In this document: in pieces, positions 26,716-36,103 of the stretch
Layout of the letters: each line of letters begins with the position of its first letter
Position numbering within the stretch: position 1 is the first letter of the stretch
Source of the DNA: an uncultured Erysipelotrichaceae bacterium
GTDB taxonomy: Bacteria; Bacillota_I; Bacilli_A; RF39; UBA660
Direction: 5' to 3'
NCBI GenBank assembly: GCA_902782835.1
Contig: CACZOQ010000011.1
Span: 1-38,551, forward strand
DNA: 38,551 nt
The notes under the pieces: model-generated
Told to the model about the DNA's origin: nothing
Databases searched by the model: none
The model's input: the letters and a program-made list of their open reading frames with translations, nothing else
Position numbers and translations under genes: made by a program

Positions 26716-27747
26716 ATGTTCGGATATAAGGAAATTAATTTAAAAAGAAAAAATGGAAAGAAATTCTTCTACCAAAAAGAAAGAATAGATAGATTACTAA
26801 GAAAAATCATAAAAGAATCTCAATCAGAATCTTTTTGGCACCAAAAAACATTTTTTATACAAAAAAACTTATCCCCAGAATATGTGGATAAAAGGAATAA
26901 AAAAAATATACGTGTGGAAAACCTTCGAAGAGCCTATCAGTTTTTGAATGAAGAACCAGATATCAACGAAGAGAGTGTACACACATTATATGAAATGATT
27001 ACGAATGGACTATTAGATTCATTCTCAGAAGAAAATATGGGGGCTCTCTATCGAACAAGAGATGTATATATTCTAAATGCATATGATAGAATGGATTTTG
27101 ATAAAGGCTTTTCTCCGGAAGAAATCCACTCTCATATGAAGGATATTTTTTCATACGAAAAAGGAGAAGAAAAATCTTTAGAAGAAATACTTCTAAAATC
27201 CCAAATCATTCATTTTTACTTTGTATATGTTCATCCATATTATGATGGAAATGGTCGAACAGCTAGAATGCTAGCAGAGTGGTATTTATTAAAAAGAAAA
27301 GCCTATCCATTTATTTTATTCAACAGAGGAGTATCTTTTACTCCAGTAGAATATAAGAAAAGTATTCAAAAAGCACGTTCTGGAGATTTAACTTCATATT
27401 TAGAATATATGTTAAAGACAATCGAAAAAGAATTAAAAAAAGAAAAAATCATACATCAAATATCTTCAAACCAAAAAGAAAGACTTTCACTGCTAGAAGA
27501 GAAATTTCTTTTATACTTATTGTCAACATCTCAACCAACCATTCAAGAAATAAGAGATTGTTATGAATTGCAAGAAGATTATTCAAAAACATCATTTGCG
27601 ACAAGCATTTTATCATTATTAGAAAGAGGAATTCTCACAATTGTAGATAATAATATCAAAATCAATCGAAAATGTATGAGTTCGAAAGAAAAAATAAAAA
27701 CAAAAGAGGAATCATTATGGATCAAGAAAAAATTGGAAAATTCATAA
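26716..27747 (+). CDS. Fic-domain protein
   Basis: HPYYDGNGRTAR catalytic loop; possible C-terminal wHTH. Confidence 0.88.
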   Translation: MFGYKEINLKRKNGKKFFYQKERIDRLLRKIIKESQSESFWHQKTFFIQKNLSPEYVDKRNKKNIRVENLRRAYQFLNEEPDINEESVHTLYEMITNGLLDSFSEENMGALYRTRDVYILNAYDRMDFDKGFSPEEIHSHMKDIFSYEKGEEKSLEEILLKSQIIHFYFVYVHPYYDGNGRTARMLAEWYLLKRKAYPFILFNRGVSFTPVEYKKSIQKARSGDLTSYLEYMLKTIEKELKKEKIIHQISSNQKERLSLLEEKFLLYLLSTSQPTIQEIRDCYELQEDYSKTSFATSILSLLERGILTIVDNNIKINRKCMSSKEKIKTKEESLWIKKKLENS

Positions 27748-28406
27748 AGAAAATTCGTCAAGAAAACCATTTAACACAAAAAGAAATGGCTGATAAATTA
27801 GGTGTAACCTTTCAAGCTGTATCAAAGTGGGAAAATGGTAAAAATGTTCCTGATATTGCGATTTTAAAGCAAATAAGTGATGAATTTTCAGTCGATATAG
27901 AAGAATTATTAGAGGGAGAAAAGAAAACCTCTTTAAAAAGAAAAAAATTACCAGTAGGTATAATCCTTCTTGGGGTATTATTATTAGGAACTTTGGTTTT
28001 TCTATTCATCCAAAACCAAAATTCTGATTATGAATTTAAAACAATATCATCTAAATGTTCCGATTTTAAAATAACAGGAAGTGCAGCTTATAATAAAGAA
28101 AAAGCAACTATATATATTTCAAATGTAGAATTCTGTGGCAAAGAAGATACAAATATATATCAAAACATTCAATGTACTTTATATGAAAACTATAAAGATA
28201 CAAAGACAAAAATTAGTACATGTAAATCCGATACGAATATTAACTTAGAGGATTATTTAAAGAAAGTAAATATAAATGTTGATCATTATTCTAAGAGTTG
28301 TAAGAAACTAACATCAAATTCATTATCGTTAGAGATTATAGCTAGTACAAAAGAAGGAAAAAATATTCAATATATTATTCCTATTAAATTAAATGATAAC
28401 TGTTAA
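27717..28406 (+). CDS. Membrane-anchored XRE-family regulator with an extracellular Cys-rich domain
   Basis: MDQEKIGKFI...LTQKEMADKLGVTFQAVSKWENG HTH, one TM helix and 6 Cys downstream. GAGGA RBS before the ATG at 27717. Confidence 0.88.
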   Translation: MDQEKIGKFIKKIRQENHLTQKEMADKLGVTFQAVSKWENGKNVPDIAILKQISDEFSVDIEELLEGEKKTSLKRKKLPVGIILLGVLLLGTLVFLFIQNQNSDYEFKTISSKCSDFKITGSAAYNKEKATIYISNVEFCGKEDTNIYQNIQCTLYENYKDTKTKISTCKSDTNINLEDYLKKVNINVDHYSKSCKKLTSNSLSLEIIASTKEGKNIQYIIPIKLNDNC

Positions 28407-28407
28407 G

Positions 28408-28449
28408 AAGATTCAACGAATAGTTGAATCTTTTTCAACGTCAATTTGA
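28408..28449 (+). promoter_or_regulatory. Terminator hairpin plus tandem TCAAC-N5-(G/T)TTGA palindromes
   Basis: AAGATTCAAC-GAATA-GTTGAATCTTTTT, then TCAAC-GTCAA-TTTGA. Abuts a TAGACC-17-TATAAT promoter (28450-28478). Confidence 0.6.
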
Positions 28450-28497
28450 TAGACCTTTTTCTATATTATAGATATAATAATAGCAGGTGATGAAAAA

Positions 28498-29199
28498 ATG
28501 AAAAAATTAGTTTTCGTATTATTAATGATTAGTACTCTTTTTATAGTAACTGGTTGTGAAACGGGAAAAAAGGAAACTTCTACCAATGAATTTAAAAAAG
28601 AATATGAAAGTATAAACAATACAGTAAATGAAAAAAATGGAAAGAAATATAGGTCTGTTAATATTCCAGATAATAATCCAATGGTAATCACAACAGCAGA
28701 AGAGATTGTCAAAAAAATAGAGAAAAAAGAAAGTTTTTACGTATTTTTTGCTTTTAAAGAATGTCCTTGGTGTAGAAGTGTAGTAGAGCAATTAATCAAA
28801 GCTGCAAATGAAAAGAAAGTAGATACAATCTACTATGTAGATGTAAAAGATATTAGAGATGTAAAAGAAATAGACGAAGAAGGAAATATAAAAACAGTAT
28901 CAGAAGGAACTGAAGCATATCAATCCTTACTAGAACAATTAGGAGAAGTATTAGAAGAATACATTTTAACAAAAGAAGAGGAAAAAATAGAAGTGGGAGA
29001 AAAAAGAATTTATGCCCCAAATTTAGTCGCAGTTTATAATGGTAAAGCAAGGCAACTAGAAACAGGAATCAGTGATGAATTAGAAGATCCATATGGAAAG
29101 TTAAATGACAAGGTGAAAAAATATGCTTATAATAAATTTAAATGCTTAATAGAGTGTTTAGAAGAAGAAAGCACAACATGTCAAAAAAATAAATGTTAA
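28498..29199 (+). CDS. Thioredoxin-fold lipoprotein (CPWC)
   Basis: Lipobox VTG-C, FYVFFAFKECPWC, a cis-Pro-like YAPN loop and a Cys-rich C-terminal tail. Confidence 0.8.
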   Translation: MKKLVFVLLMISTLFIVTGCETGKKETSTNEFKKEYESINNTVNEKNGKKYRSVNIPDNNPMVITTAEEIVKKIEKKESFYVFFAFKECPWCRSVVEQLIKAANEKKVDTIYYVDVKDIRDVKEIDEEGNIKTVSEGTEAYQSLLEQLGEVLEEYILTKEEEKIEVGEKRIYAPNLVAVYNGKARQLETGISDELEDPYGKLNDKVKKYAYNKFKCLIECLEEESTTCQKNKC

Positions 29200-29219
29200 A
29201 GAAGGGATCCTTCTTTTTT
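29198..29219 (+). terminator. Intrinsic terminator
   Basis: AAAGAAGG-GAT-CCTTCTTTTTT, followed by TGATATAAT (29227-29235). Confidence 0.75.
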
Positions 29220-29253
29220 AATTTAATGATATAATAAAAATTGGAGGGATATT

Positions 29254-30771
29254 ATGACAAAACCAATTGTATTATGTATATTAGATGGCTGTGGTGTTCG
29301 TGAAGAAACCGACGGCAATGCCTTTAAAAATGCCAATAAGCCAACGCTTGACTTGTTAATGAATAAATACCCACATTCCATTTTGCAAGCCAGTGGAAAA
29401 GCCGTAGGACTACCAGAAGGACAGATGGGTACAAGTGAGGTTGGACACATGAATTTAGGATCTGGGCGTGTTGCCATCCAACCATTAGAAAATATTACGG
29501 CATCGATAGAATCAAAAGAATTCTTTCAAAAGAAAGAGATTTTAGATGTTATAAATCATGTAAAGAAAAATCATTCCTCTCTACATGTTTTCGGATTACT
29601 ATCAGATGGAGGAGTTCATTCCCATATTAACCATGCCTTAGCATTATTAGAGATGTGTAAAGAACAACAACTAGAAGATGTATATTTTGAAATATGCTTA
29701 GATGGTAGAGATACTTATGAAAAAAGTGCATTAACATACCTAGATCAATTGCAGAGTAAAATAGAAGAAGTAGGAATTGGTAAGATTCATACCATTTCAG
29801 GAAGATATTATGCGATGGATCGAGATAATAATTTTGAGCGTTTAAAATTAGCTTATGATGCTATGGTGTATGATGAAGCACCTAAATATAATAATTATAA
29901 ACAATTAGTAGAAGAAAACTATCAAAATGAAAAATATGATGAATTTGTAATTCCAGGTATTATTGAAAAAAAGCCATTAGAAGATAATGATGGTATTATT
30001 GCTTTTAACTTCCGTAAAGATCGTTTAAGAGAAATGTTTACATTACTATCTAATCCAACAGCATATGAAGAACAAGCAAATGAAAAAAATTTAACAGTAA
30101 AACATTTTAATAATTTAAAAGCCCTTACAATGTATCCAGTTACTGAAACTGTTACTTGTCCACATGCATTCAATGATTTAGATTTAAAAAACATATTGGT
30201 AGATTACTTTCATGAGAAAGGAATCAGTCAATTACGAATAGCAGAAACAGAAAAGTATCCGCATGTAACATTTTTCTTTGATGGAGGAAAAGAAGTAGAA
30301 TATCCAGACATGAAAAAAATTCTAATTCCTTCTCCCAAAGTAGCTACGTATGATCTGAAACCAGAAATGAGTGTTTATGAAGTTACCGATCATTTCTTAA
30401 AGGAAGTAGAAAATTTTGATGTTACAATTATGAATTTGGCGAATGGAGACATGGTAGGACATACAGGTGTATATGAAGCTGCTAAACAAGCAGTAGAGGA
30501 TATGGATAAATGTTTGACCAAAATATATGCGAAAGTAGAAGAACTTGGTGGTATATTGATAATTATCGCCGATCACGGAAACTGTGATGTTATGTGGGAT
30601 GAGAATCATAAACCAGTCACATCTCATACAACCAATCCAGTACCATGTATTATTACCAAAGAAAATATAAAACTAAGAGATGGAATTTTAGCGGATATTG
30701 CTCCAACAATGTTAGAGCTATTAGGTTTAGAAATTCCACAGGAAATGACAGGAACTTCATTAATAATATAG
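29254..30771 (+). CDS. gpmI: 2,3-bisphosphoglycerate-independent phosphoglycerate mutase
   Basis: ILDG, GQMGTSEVGH, SDGGVHSH, DGRD, GRYYAMDRD, AETEKYPHVTFFF, DMVGHTG and ADHGN motifs. Confidence 0.97.
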   Translation: MTKPIVLCILDGCGVREETDGNAFKNANKPTLDLLMNKYPHSILQASGKAVGLPEGQMGTSEVGHMNLGSGRVAIQPLENITASIESKEFFQKKEILDVINHVKKNHSSLHVFGLLSDGGVHSHINHALALLEMCKEQQLEDVYFEICLDGRDTYEKSALTYLDQLQSKIEEVGIGKIHTISGRYYAMDRDNNFERLKLAYDAMVYDEAPKYNNYKQLVEENYQNEKYDEFVIPGIIEKKPLEDNDGIIAFNFRKDRLREMFTLLSNPTAYEEQANEKNLTVKHFNNLKALTMYPVTETVTCPHAFNDLDLKNILVDYFHEKGISQLRIAETEKYPHVTFFFDGGKEVEYPDMKKILIPSPKVATYDLKPEMSVYEVTDHFLKEVENFDVTIMNLANGDMVGHTGVYEAAKQAVEDMDKCLTKIYAKVEELGGILIIIADHGNCDVMWDENHKPVTSHTTNPVPCIITKENIKLRDGILADIAPTMLELLGLEIPQEMTGTSLII

Positions 30772-30784
30772 AAAGAGGAATAAT

Positions 30785-32383
30785 ATGAAAAAGAGTTTAT
30801 TAGGGATTTCATTACTGACAATATCTTGCTTATATTTCTTACTAGCAGCCGTTATTATTTTACTTACCATCATAATGAAAATACCTGTAATTTATGGAAT
30901 TTCAGGTAGTATTATTTTATTAATTCTTCAATTTTTAATTTCTCCATTTTTAACAGACATTTCCATGAAATGGTTTTACAAAGCAACATTTGATTATACA
31001 ATACCAAAATACTTAGAGGACTTTATTAATGAAGTATGTCAAAAGAATAATATGAAATATCCAAAGATTGGATATATTAATGATGGAGCACCAAATGCCT
31101 TTACATATGGACATACTAAAAATGACGCTCGAATCATAGTAACAAAAGGTATATTTGATTTATTAACAGAAGAAGAAGTAAAAGCAGTAGTTGCTCACGA
31201 ATTAGGGCATGCAACACATTATGATATGCTATTTATGACAGTTGCTCAATTAGTACCATTGATTTTCTATTTTATTTATGAAAATGCTATGGATACAGAT
31301 AGTAAATCTAGTAAAAATGATGACAATTCATCAGGAGCTTTAATAGCAGTGATTGCTTATATACTATATGTGGTTAGTAATTATATCGTTTTAGCCTTAT
31401 CAAGAACAAGAGAATATTACGCGGACTATTTTTCAACAGAAGTGACCAACAATCCTCAAGCTTTAGCTTCGGCTTTAGTAAAAATCGGTTTTGGTTTATC
31501 AACCGCTTCTACCAATGGAAAACATTCTGCTTCTAAATCAAATGCTCTAGGAATTTTTGATTCTAAAACATCCAAGGCACTAGTAGTTACCAGTATGGAT
31601 AATGGACAAATTTCCAAAGACCATATCAAACAAGCAATGAAGTGGGAACAATGGAACCTTTGGGCGAGATGGTATGAAATTAATTCTACGCATCCATTGA
31701 TTTCAAAAAGATTATTAGCAATCTCTGAACGTTGTAAAGAGATGAACCAAGAACCCTATATTGTATTTGATTTAAAGAAAGAAGAATCTTACGTAGATGA
31801 TTTCCTACTAGAAGTATTCATCAGTTTTTTACCATTGATATCTTTCTTAATAGGTATGATTGTAATAGGATTTTTATTTTATCAAGAAAAGAAAATAGTT
31901 TTAGCAATAGGTATAACATTACTTGTAACAATACTATTTTCATTTATTAAATTTAGAAGATGTTATTCATCTAAACCATTTGAAGAAAGAAAAGTACGAG
32001 ATTTATTAGGAGAAGTAAAAGTATCCCATATTACATCGATTCCATGTACTATGAAAGGAAAAATTATAGGTAGAGGAAATCCAGGATGTATTTTTAATGA
32101 AGACTTTATTCTTCAAGATGATTCTGGAATTATCTTTTTGGATTATAATCAACCAGTAAGAATAGTAAATACCATTTTTGCAATATTTAAATCAAAAGAA
32201 TACTTTGACAAAGAAATAACAGTAAAAGGTTGGTATCGGAGAAGCCCTGTTCCTTATGTAGAATTAAAAACAATGGAAATTGATGGAGTAGAAAAGAAAG
32301 TCTATACCTATACTTTCAAAAAAGTGTTATTAATCATTGGATTAGTAATAGCAATTGGACTTATAATTGCATCATTTATATAA
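30785..32383 (+). CDS. htpX: HtpX-like M48 membrane zinc protease with a C-terminal extension
   Basis: PNAFTYG, AHELGH, SRTREYYAD, LASALVKI and STHP motifs; extra TM helices plus a soluble domain. Confidence 0.88.
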   Translation: MKKSLLGISLLTISCLYFLLAAVIILLTIIMKIPVIYGISGSIILLILQFLISPFLTDISMKWFYKATFDYTIPKYLEDFINEVCQKNNMKYPKIGYINDGAPNAFTYGHTKNDARIIVTKGIFDLLTEEEVKAVVAHELGHATHYDMLFMTVAQLVPLIFYFIYENAMDTDSKSSKNDDNSSGALIAVIAYILYVVSNYIVLALSRTREYYADYFSTEVTNNPQALASALVKIGFGLSTASTNGKHSASKSNALGIFDSKTSKALVVTSMDNGQISKDHIKQAMKWEQWNLWARWYEINSTHPLISKRLLAISERCKEMNQEPYIVFDLKKEESYVDDFLLEVFISFLPLISFLIGMIVIGFLFYQEKKIVLAIGITLLVTILFSFIKFRRCYSSKPFEERKVRDLLGEVKVSHITSIPCTMKGKIIGRGNPGCIFNEDFILQDDSGIIFLDYNQPVRIVNTIFAIFKSKEYFDKEITVKGWYRRSPVPYVELKTMEIDGVEKKVYTYTFKKVLLIIGLVIAIGLIIASFI

Positions 32384-32386
32384 AAA

Positions 32387-32416
32387 AAAAAGAGTCTTAA
32401 GAGGAAGACTCTTTTT
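32387..32416. terminator. Bidirectional terminator
   Basis: AAAAAGAGTCTT-N6-AAGACTCTTTTT between convergent genes. Confidence 0.8.
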
Positions 32417-33650
32417 CTTTAATTGTAACAATCGTATAATGACTAAAATCTAACCGTCGAATCATAGAAGTAAATTCTTCAAAATTCAAATGTTCTATAT
32501 CTTGTACAGAGTCTAAATACGGATAGTGATAAGTAATAACATTTTCAACAAAAGGCATAATCATATTCATAATATTTTCATCTCGTAAAAGAACACGGAC
32601 CATTGAACTTTTTTTATCTAATTCAAAACTCTCTTCATCAAAGAAATCCATTTCTTGGATAGCCTTTAATATTTCTTCTTGAAAGACTTTAGCATTATGA
32701 GTATAACCTCCAATACTAATAAGTAAATAATCTCCAACTCGAGTTTCACTACAATGAATCGAATTAGAAATAACTTTTTCTTCAACCATTTTTTGATAAA
32801 GAGGAGAAACCATTCCAAAAAAACTATTATAAAAACAACCTAAATAAAAATCTAATTTTAACTGTTCTTTGGAATCCATAGAATGAATATCTACTTTATA
32901 AGTAATATCAACATGTTCAAGAGGAGTTGGAAAATATAAAATATCTTTTTCTTTCACAACAGCAGCAGGTTCATTTGGAGATAATAAGGTAACAGGAGAA
33001 GTATCAAAAGACATTTTTTTATAAAAATCTTGAATGACAGTAAGAACTTCATCTCTATTATAATTTCCAGCGATGAAAATCATTTGATTATTTGGTCGAT
33101 AAAAAGCATCATAACATACCTGTAAATCATCAATGGTAACCTTTTCTACCTCTTCTAGACTTCCACCTACAGAACGAAAAGAAATAGAATGAAATAGATT
33201 CTGAAATGTTAAAAGACTATTATGATAAAAACGATTATTCATTTTACCACGTATTTCTTGATAGATAGGATTTTTAAGCTTTTCTAATGCTTCTTCTTTA
33301 AAGGAAACATGATAGATACCATCTAAAAGAGTTTGAATTCCATAAGAGACATCTTCAACGGTTTCAAAATAAAAACGTGTCATGTTGATATAAGTAGAAG
33401 CATTGGTATTCATTTGTTTTTTTCCTAAAAGTTCTATAAAATTTCCTTCTTCATTACACTCAACAAGATAATGCTCTAAAATATGGGCAATACCATCTTG
33501 AAAATGGTATTCTTTTTGTTGATATTGAAAGTCTTTCATTTCTCCACCAAATAATGTAATGAACTGAAAAAAGGTAGAATGACGTCTTGAATCTGGATAT
33601 AAATAAATGGTAAGTCCATTTTCTAAATGGAGAGTCTCTATTTTATTCAT
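32397..33650 (-). CDS. M16B zinc peptidase, catalytic subunit (YmfH-like)
   Basis: GIAHILEH inverted zinc motif, NAST, and FYRPNNQ. Confidence 0.85.
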   Translation of the reverse strand: MNKIETLHLENGLTIYLYPDSRRHSTFFQFITLFGGEMKDFQYQQKEYHFQDGIAHILEHYLVECNEEGNFIELLGKKQMNTNASTYINMTRFYFETVEDVSYGIQTLLDGIYHVSFKEEALEKLKNPIYQEIRGKMNNRFYHNSLLTFQNLFHSISFRSVGGSLEEVEKVTIDDLQVCYDAFYRPNNQMIFIAGNYNRDEVLTVIQDFYKKMSFDTSPVTLLSPNEPAAVVKEKDILYFPTPLEHVDITYKVDIHSMDSKEQLKLDFYLGCFYNSFFGMVSPLYQKMVEEKVISNSIHCSETRVGDYLLISIGGYTHNAKVFQEEILKAIQEMDFFDEESFELDKKSSMVRVLLRDENIMNMIMPFVENVITYHYPYLDSVQDIEHLNFEEFTSMIRRLDFSHYTIVTIKEKESSS

Positions 33651-34899
33651 GGTCTTCCTCCTTTAAAAAGTAGATAGTATCTAAATAAAATCTACGAACA
33701 AATTCTGCAATATCGTGAGCAGTAATCTTTAGACACTTTTGATAATGTTCCTGTAATGTATCATCAATTCCTAAATCTGCAAAAATAAAATCACTAAAAA
33801 GAGAATATTTATCATCTAACTGTCTAATTAAATCAAGACGTTTCCGTTCTTTAATATTATTTAGTAATGGGGTTACTATTTCTTCATTTTGTAAATCTTT
33901 AAGGATTTCTATCAGTACTTTTTTTACCTCATCAACATGATTTTTATGAATACAAGCAGTAATTTCAAATACTCCAAAATGACCGTAAGCAGCAGCAAAA
34001 GAAGAATATATTAAATCTTTTTCATTTCTCAATCGCTGATTCAGTAACCGAGAAGATAGGGATGTAAGTAAACTTTTAGTAACAGCCATAGGAATAATAT
34101 CTTCCTTTTTCATATCCTGAATTTTATATAAGAAAGAGATAGAAGAATCTTTAAAAATAGAATCTTCTTCAATTTCTTGTACATCTTTTCGAGGAGGTAA
34201 AAAATTCCAAATATCAGCTTCTATTTCTTGATTTTCTGAACTCATATGTGGGAAATACTTTCTACATAGCTCTTTTATACGTTCTTCATCCACATCTCCC
34301 ATAATATAAATAATAGGTTTTTGCTTAGTAATAACTTCTAAATAATATTCATAAAGGTTTTGCGGGGTAACTGTTTGAATTAAATCTTGATGGTGGACTA
34401 AACTCTTAGAAAATAATTCTCCTTCATCCACTAATTCTTTAACTCTAAGACTATGGTAAGAATAAAAATCTTTAGAAACTCCTTTAATAGAGGTCTCTAA
34501 ATTGACAATTTCTCGGTCTAATTCTTTTTTAGAAAATCCTCCATTTTCTACAAAAGGAGAATAAATCATTTCTTGAAAAAATTGAAATTGACTATCTAAA
34601 TAATCATGCCCCAAAGCATAAGTATCTGGAATAATCATAGAAAATGAAAAACATCCTTCATTACCAATAACGGTTCTGCTACATCCTGTTCCTAATATGA
34701 AACGTCTTTTCTTTTCTTTTTGAAAACTTTCTTCTGTAGGATAAGATTGACTAATATAAGATAACATACTAGGTAATAAACGATTTTTTGCTAATAAATT
34801 GATAGAATCATTAAAAGGAAATAATACTTTTATAAGAATCGTTTGAAAATCTTGATTTTTAAGAATAATTGGAGATTCTTTTAATGTAATAGTTTGCAT
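33643..34899 (-). CDS. M16B peptidase, non-catalytic subunit (YmfF-like)
   Basis: No HxxEH; SRLLNQRLRNEKDLIYS R/Y motif; overlaps its partner gene. TGTTATAAT at 34917-34925 (minus). Confidence 0.8.
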   Translation of the reverse strand: MQTITLKESPIILKNQDFQTILIKVLFPFNDSINLLAKNRLLPSMLSYISQSYPTEESFQKEKKRRFILGTGCSRTVIGNEGCFSFSMIIPDTYALGHDYLDSQFQFFQEMIYSPFVENGGFSKKELDREIVNLETSIKGVSKDFYSYHSLRVKELVDEGELFSKSLVHHQDLIQTVTPQNLYEYYLEVITKQKPIIYIMGDVDEERIKELCRKYFPHMSSENQEIEADIWNFLPPRKDVQEIEEDSIFKDSSISFLYKIQDMKKEDIIPMAVTKSLLTSLSSRLLNQRLRNEKDLIYSSFAAAYGHFGVFEITACIHKNHVDEVKKVLIEILKDLQNEEIVTPLLNNIKERKRLDLIRQLDDKYSLFSDFIFADLGIDDTLQEHYQKCLKITAHDIAEFVRRFYLDTIYFLKEEDHE

Positions 34900-35007
34900 A
34901 ATATCACCACAATAATATTATAACATAGAAAAATATCTATGAGAAATCCACTAAAAAGTAGAATAATTGATCAATTTAGTATATAATGAAAAAGAGTAGG
35001 TGATAGA

Positions 35008-36102
35008 ATGGCAAATAAAGAAACAAAAGAAAAAACAGAACAGTCATTAGAAAATCGTTGCCCCGCATGTAAAGCTTCTATATCATATAATCCAAAAGTT
35101 GGAAAATGGAAATGTGAATATTGTGGTAGTGAATTTACATTAGAAGAAATGCAAAAAGAAAATGATAATGCATCAACAGAGAAAAAGAATAGAAAAGAGC
35201 AAAAGCCAGAAGATACTTATGATGGTTATATATCTTATAAATGTGAGAGCTGTGGTGCCGAAATAATAGCGGATGACCAAACAGCTGCTACATTCTGTGT
35301 TTATTGTGGCAATACAGCGATATTACAAAGTAAACTATCCGGAAAGTTTTCTCCAGATGTTATCATTCCATTTAAAAAAGAAAAAACAGATGCAACCAAT
35401 GCTTTTAAAGGATTATCTAAAGGAAGACCATTAATGCCAAAAGGTTTTAACGATTCTCATAATATAGAGAAAATAAGAGGTGTATATATTCCATTTTGGC
35501 TATACGATATTACGGTTTCAGGAGATGTCGTTATGGATGCAAAAACAGTAGAAAAGTGGACAGTAGGTGATACACATTATACAAAAACCAATACCTTTAA
35601 AGTTACAAGAGGAGGAAATATTCATTTTTCCAAAATACCTGTTGACGGATCTACTCGCTTTGCTAATGATATAATGAATACGATAGAGCCATTTGATTAT
35701 AAAGAAATGATTCCCTATAATCATGCTTACTTATCTGGCTTTTATGCAGAAAAATATGATGAAGATCCAAATGTTATTTATCCAGAAGCATCGAATCGAG
35801 CACTAAACTCTGCTCGAATAATACTCAAAGACGATGCTAGATATGCAACAAAAGTAATTGTTTCGGATCAATTAGAAGCAAAAGAAACAGAAAGAAAATA
35901 TGCCATGTTGCCTGTTTGGATGGTAAACGTAAAGTACAAAAATAAAATGCACATCTTCGCAATGAATGGTCAAACAGGAGAATTTATTGGGAATATACCA
36001 CTAGATAAAGGTAGAACATTATTGTATACAATCATAATATTCACAATCTCTATGGCCATATGTATATTAATTAGTTATTTAATATTTATGGGAGGTAATT
36101 AA
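35008..36102 (+). CDS. Double zinc-ribbon membrane-anchored protein
   Basis: Four CxxC pairs, YIPFW, LPVW, MNGQTG and a C-terminal TM helix. Confidence 0.85.
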   Translation: MANKETKEKTEQSLENRCPACKASISYNPKVGKWKCEYCGSEFTLEEMQKENDNASTEKKNRKEQKPEDTYDGYISYKCESCGAEIIADDQTAATFCVYCGNTAILQSKLSGKFSPDVIIPFKKEKTDATNAFKGLSKGRPLMPKGFNDSHNIEKIRGVYIPFWLYDITVSGDVVMDAKTVEKWTVGDTHYTKTNTFKVTRGGNIHFSKIPVDGSTRFANDIMNTIEPFDYKEMIPYNHAYLSGFYAEKYDEDPNVIYPEASNRALNSARIILKDDARYATKVIVSDQLEAKETERKYAMLPVWMVNVKYKNKMHIFAMNGQTGEFIGNIPLDKGRTLLYTIIIFTISMAICILISYLIFMGGN

Positions 36103-36103
36103 T

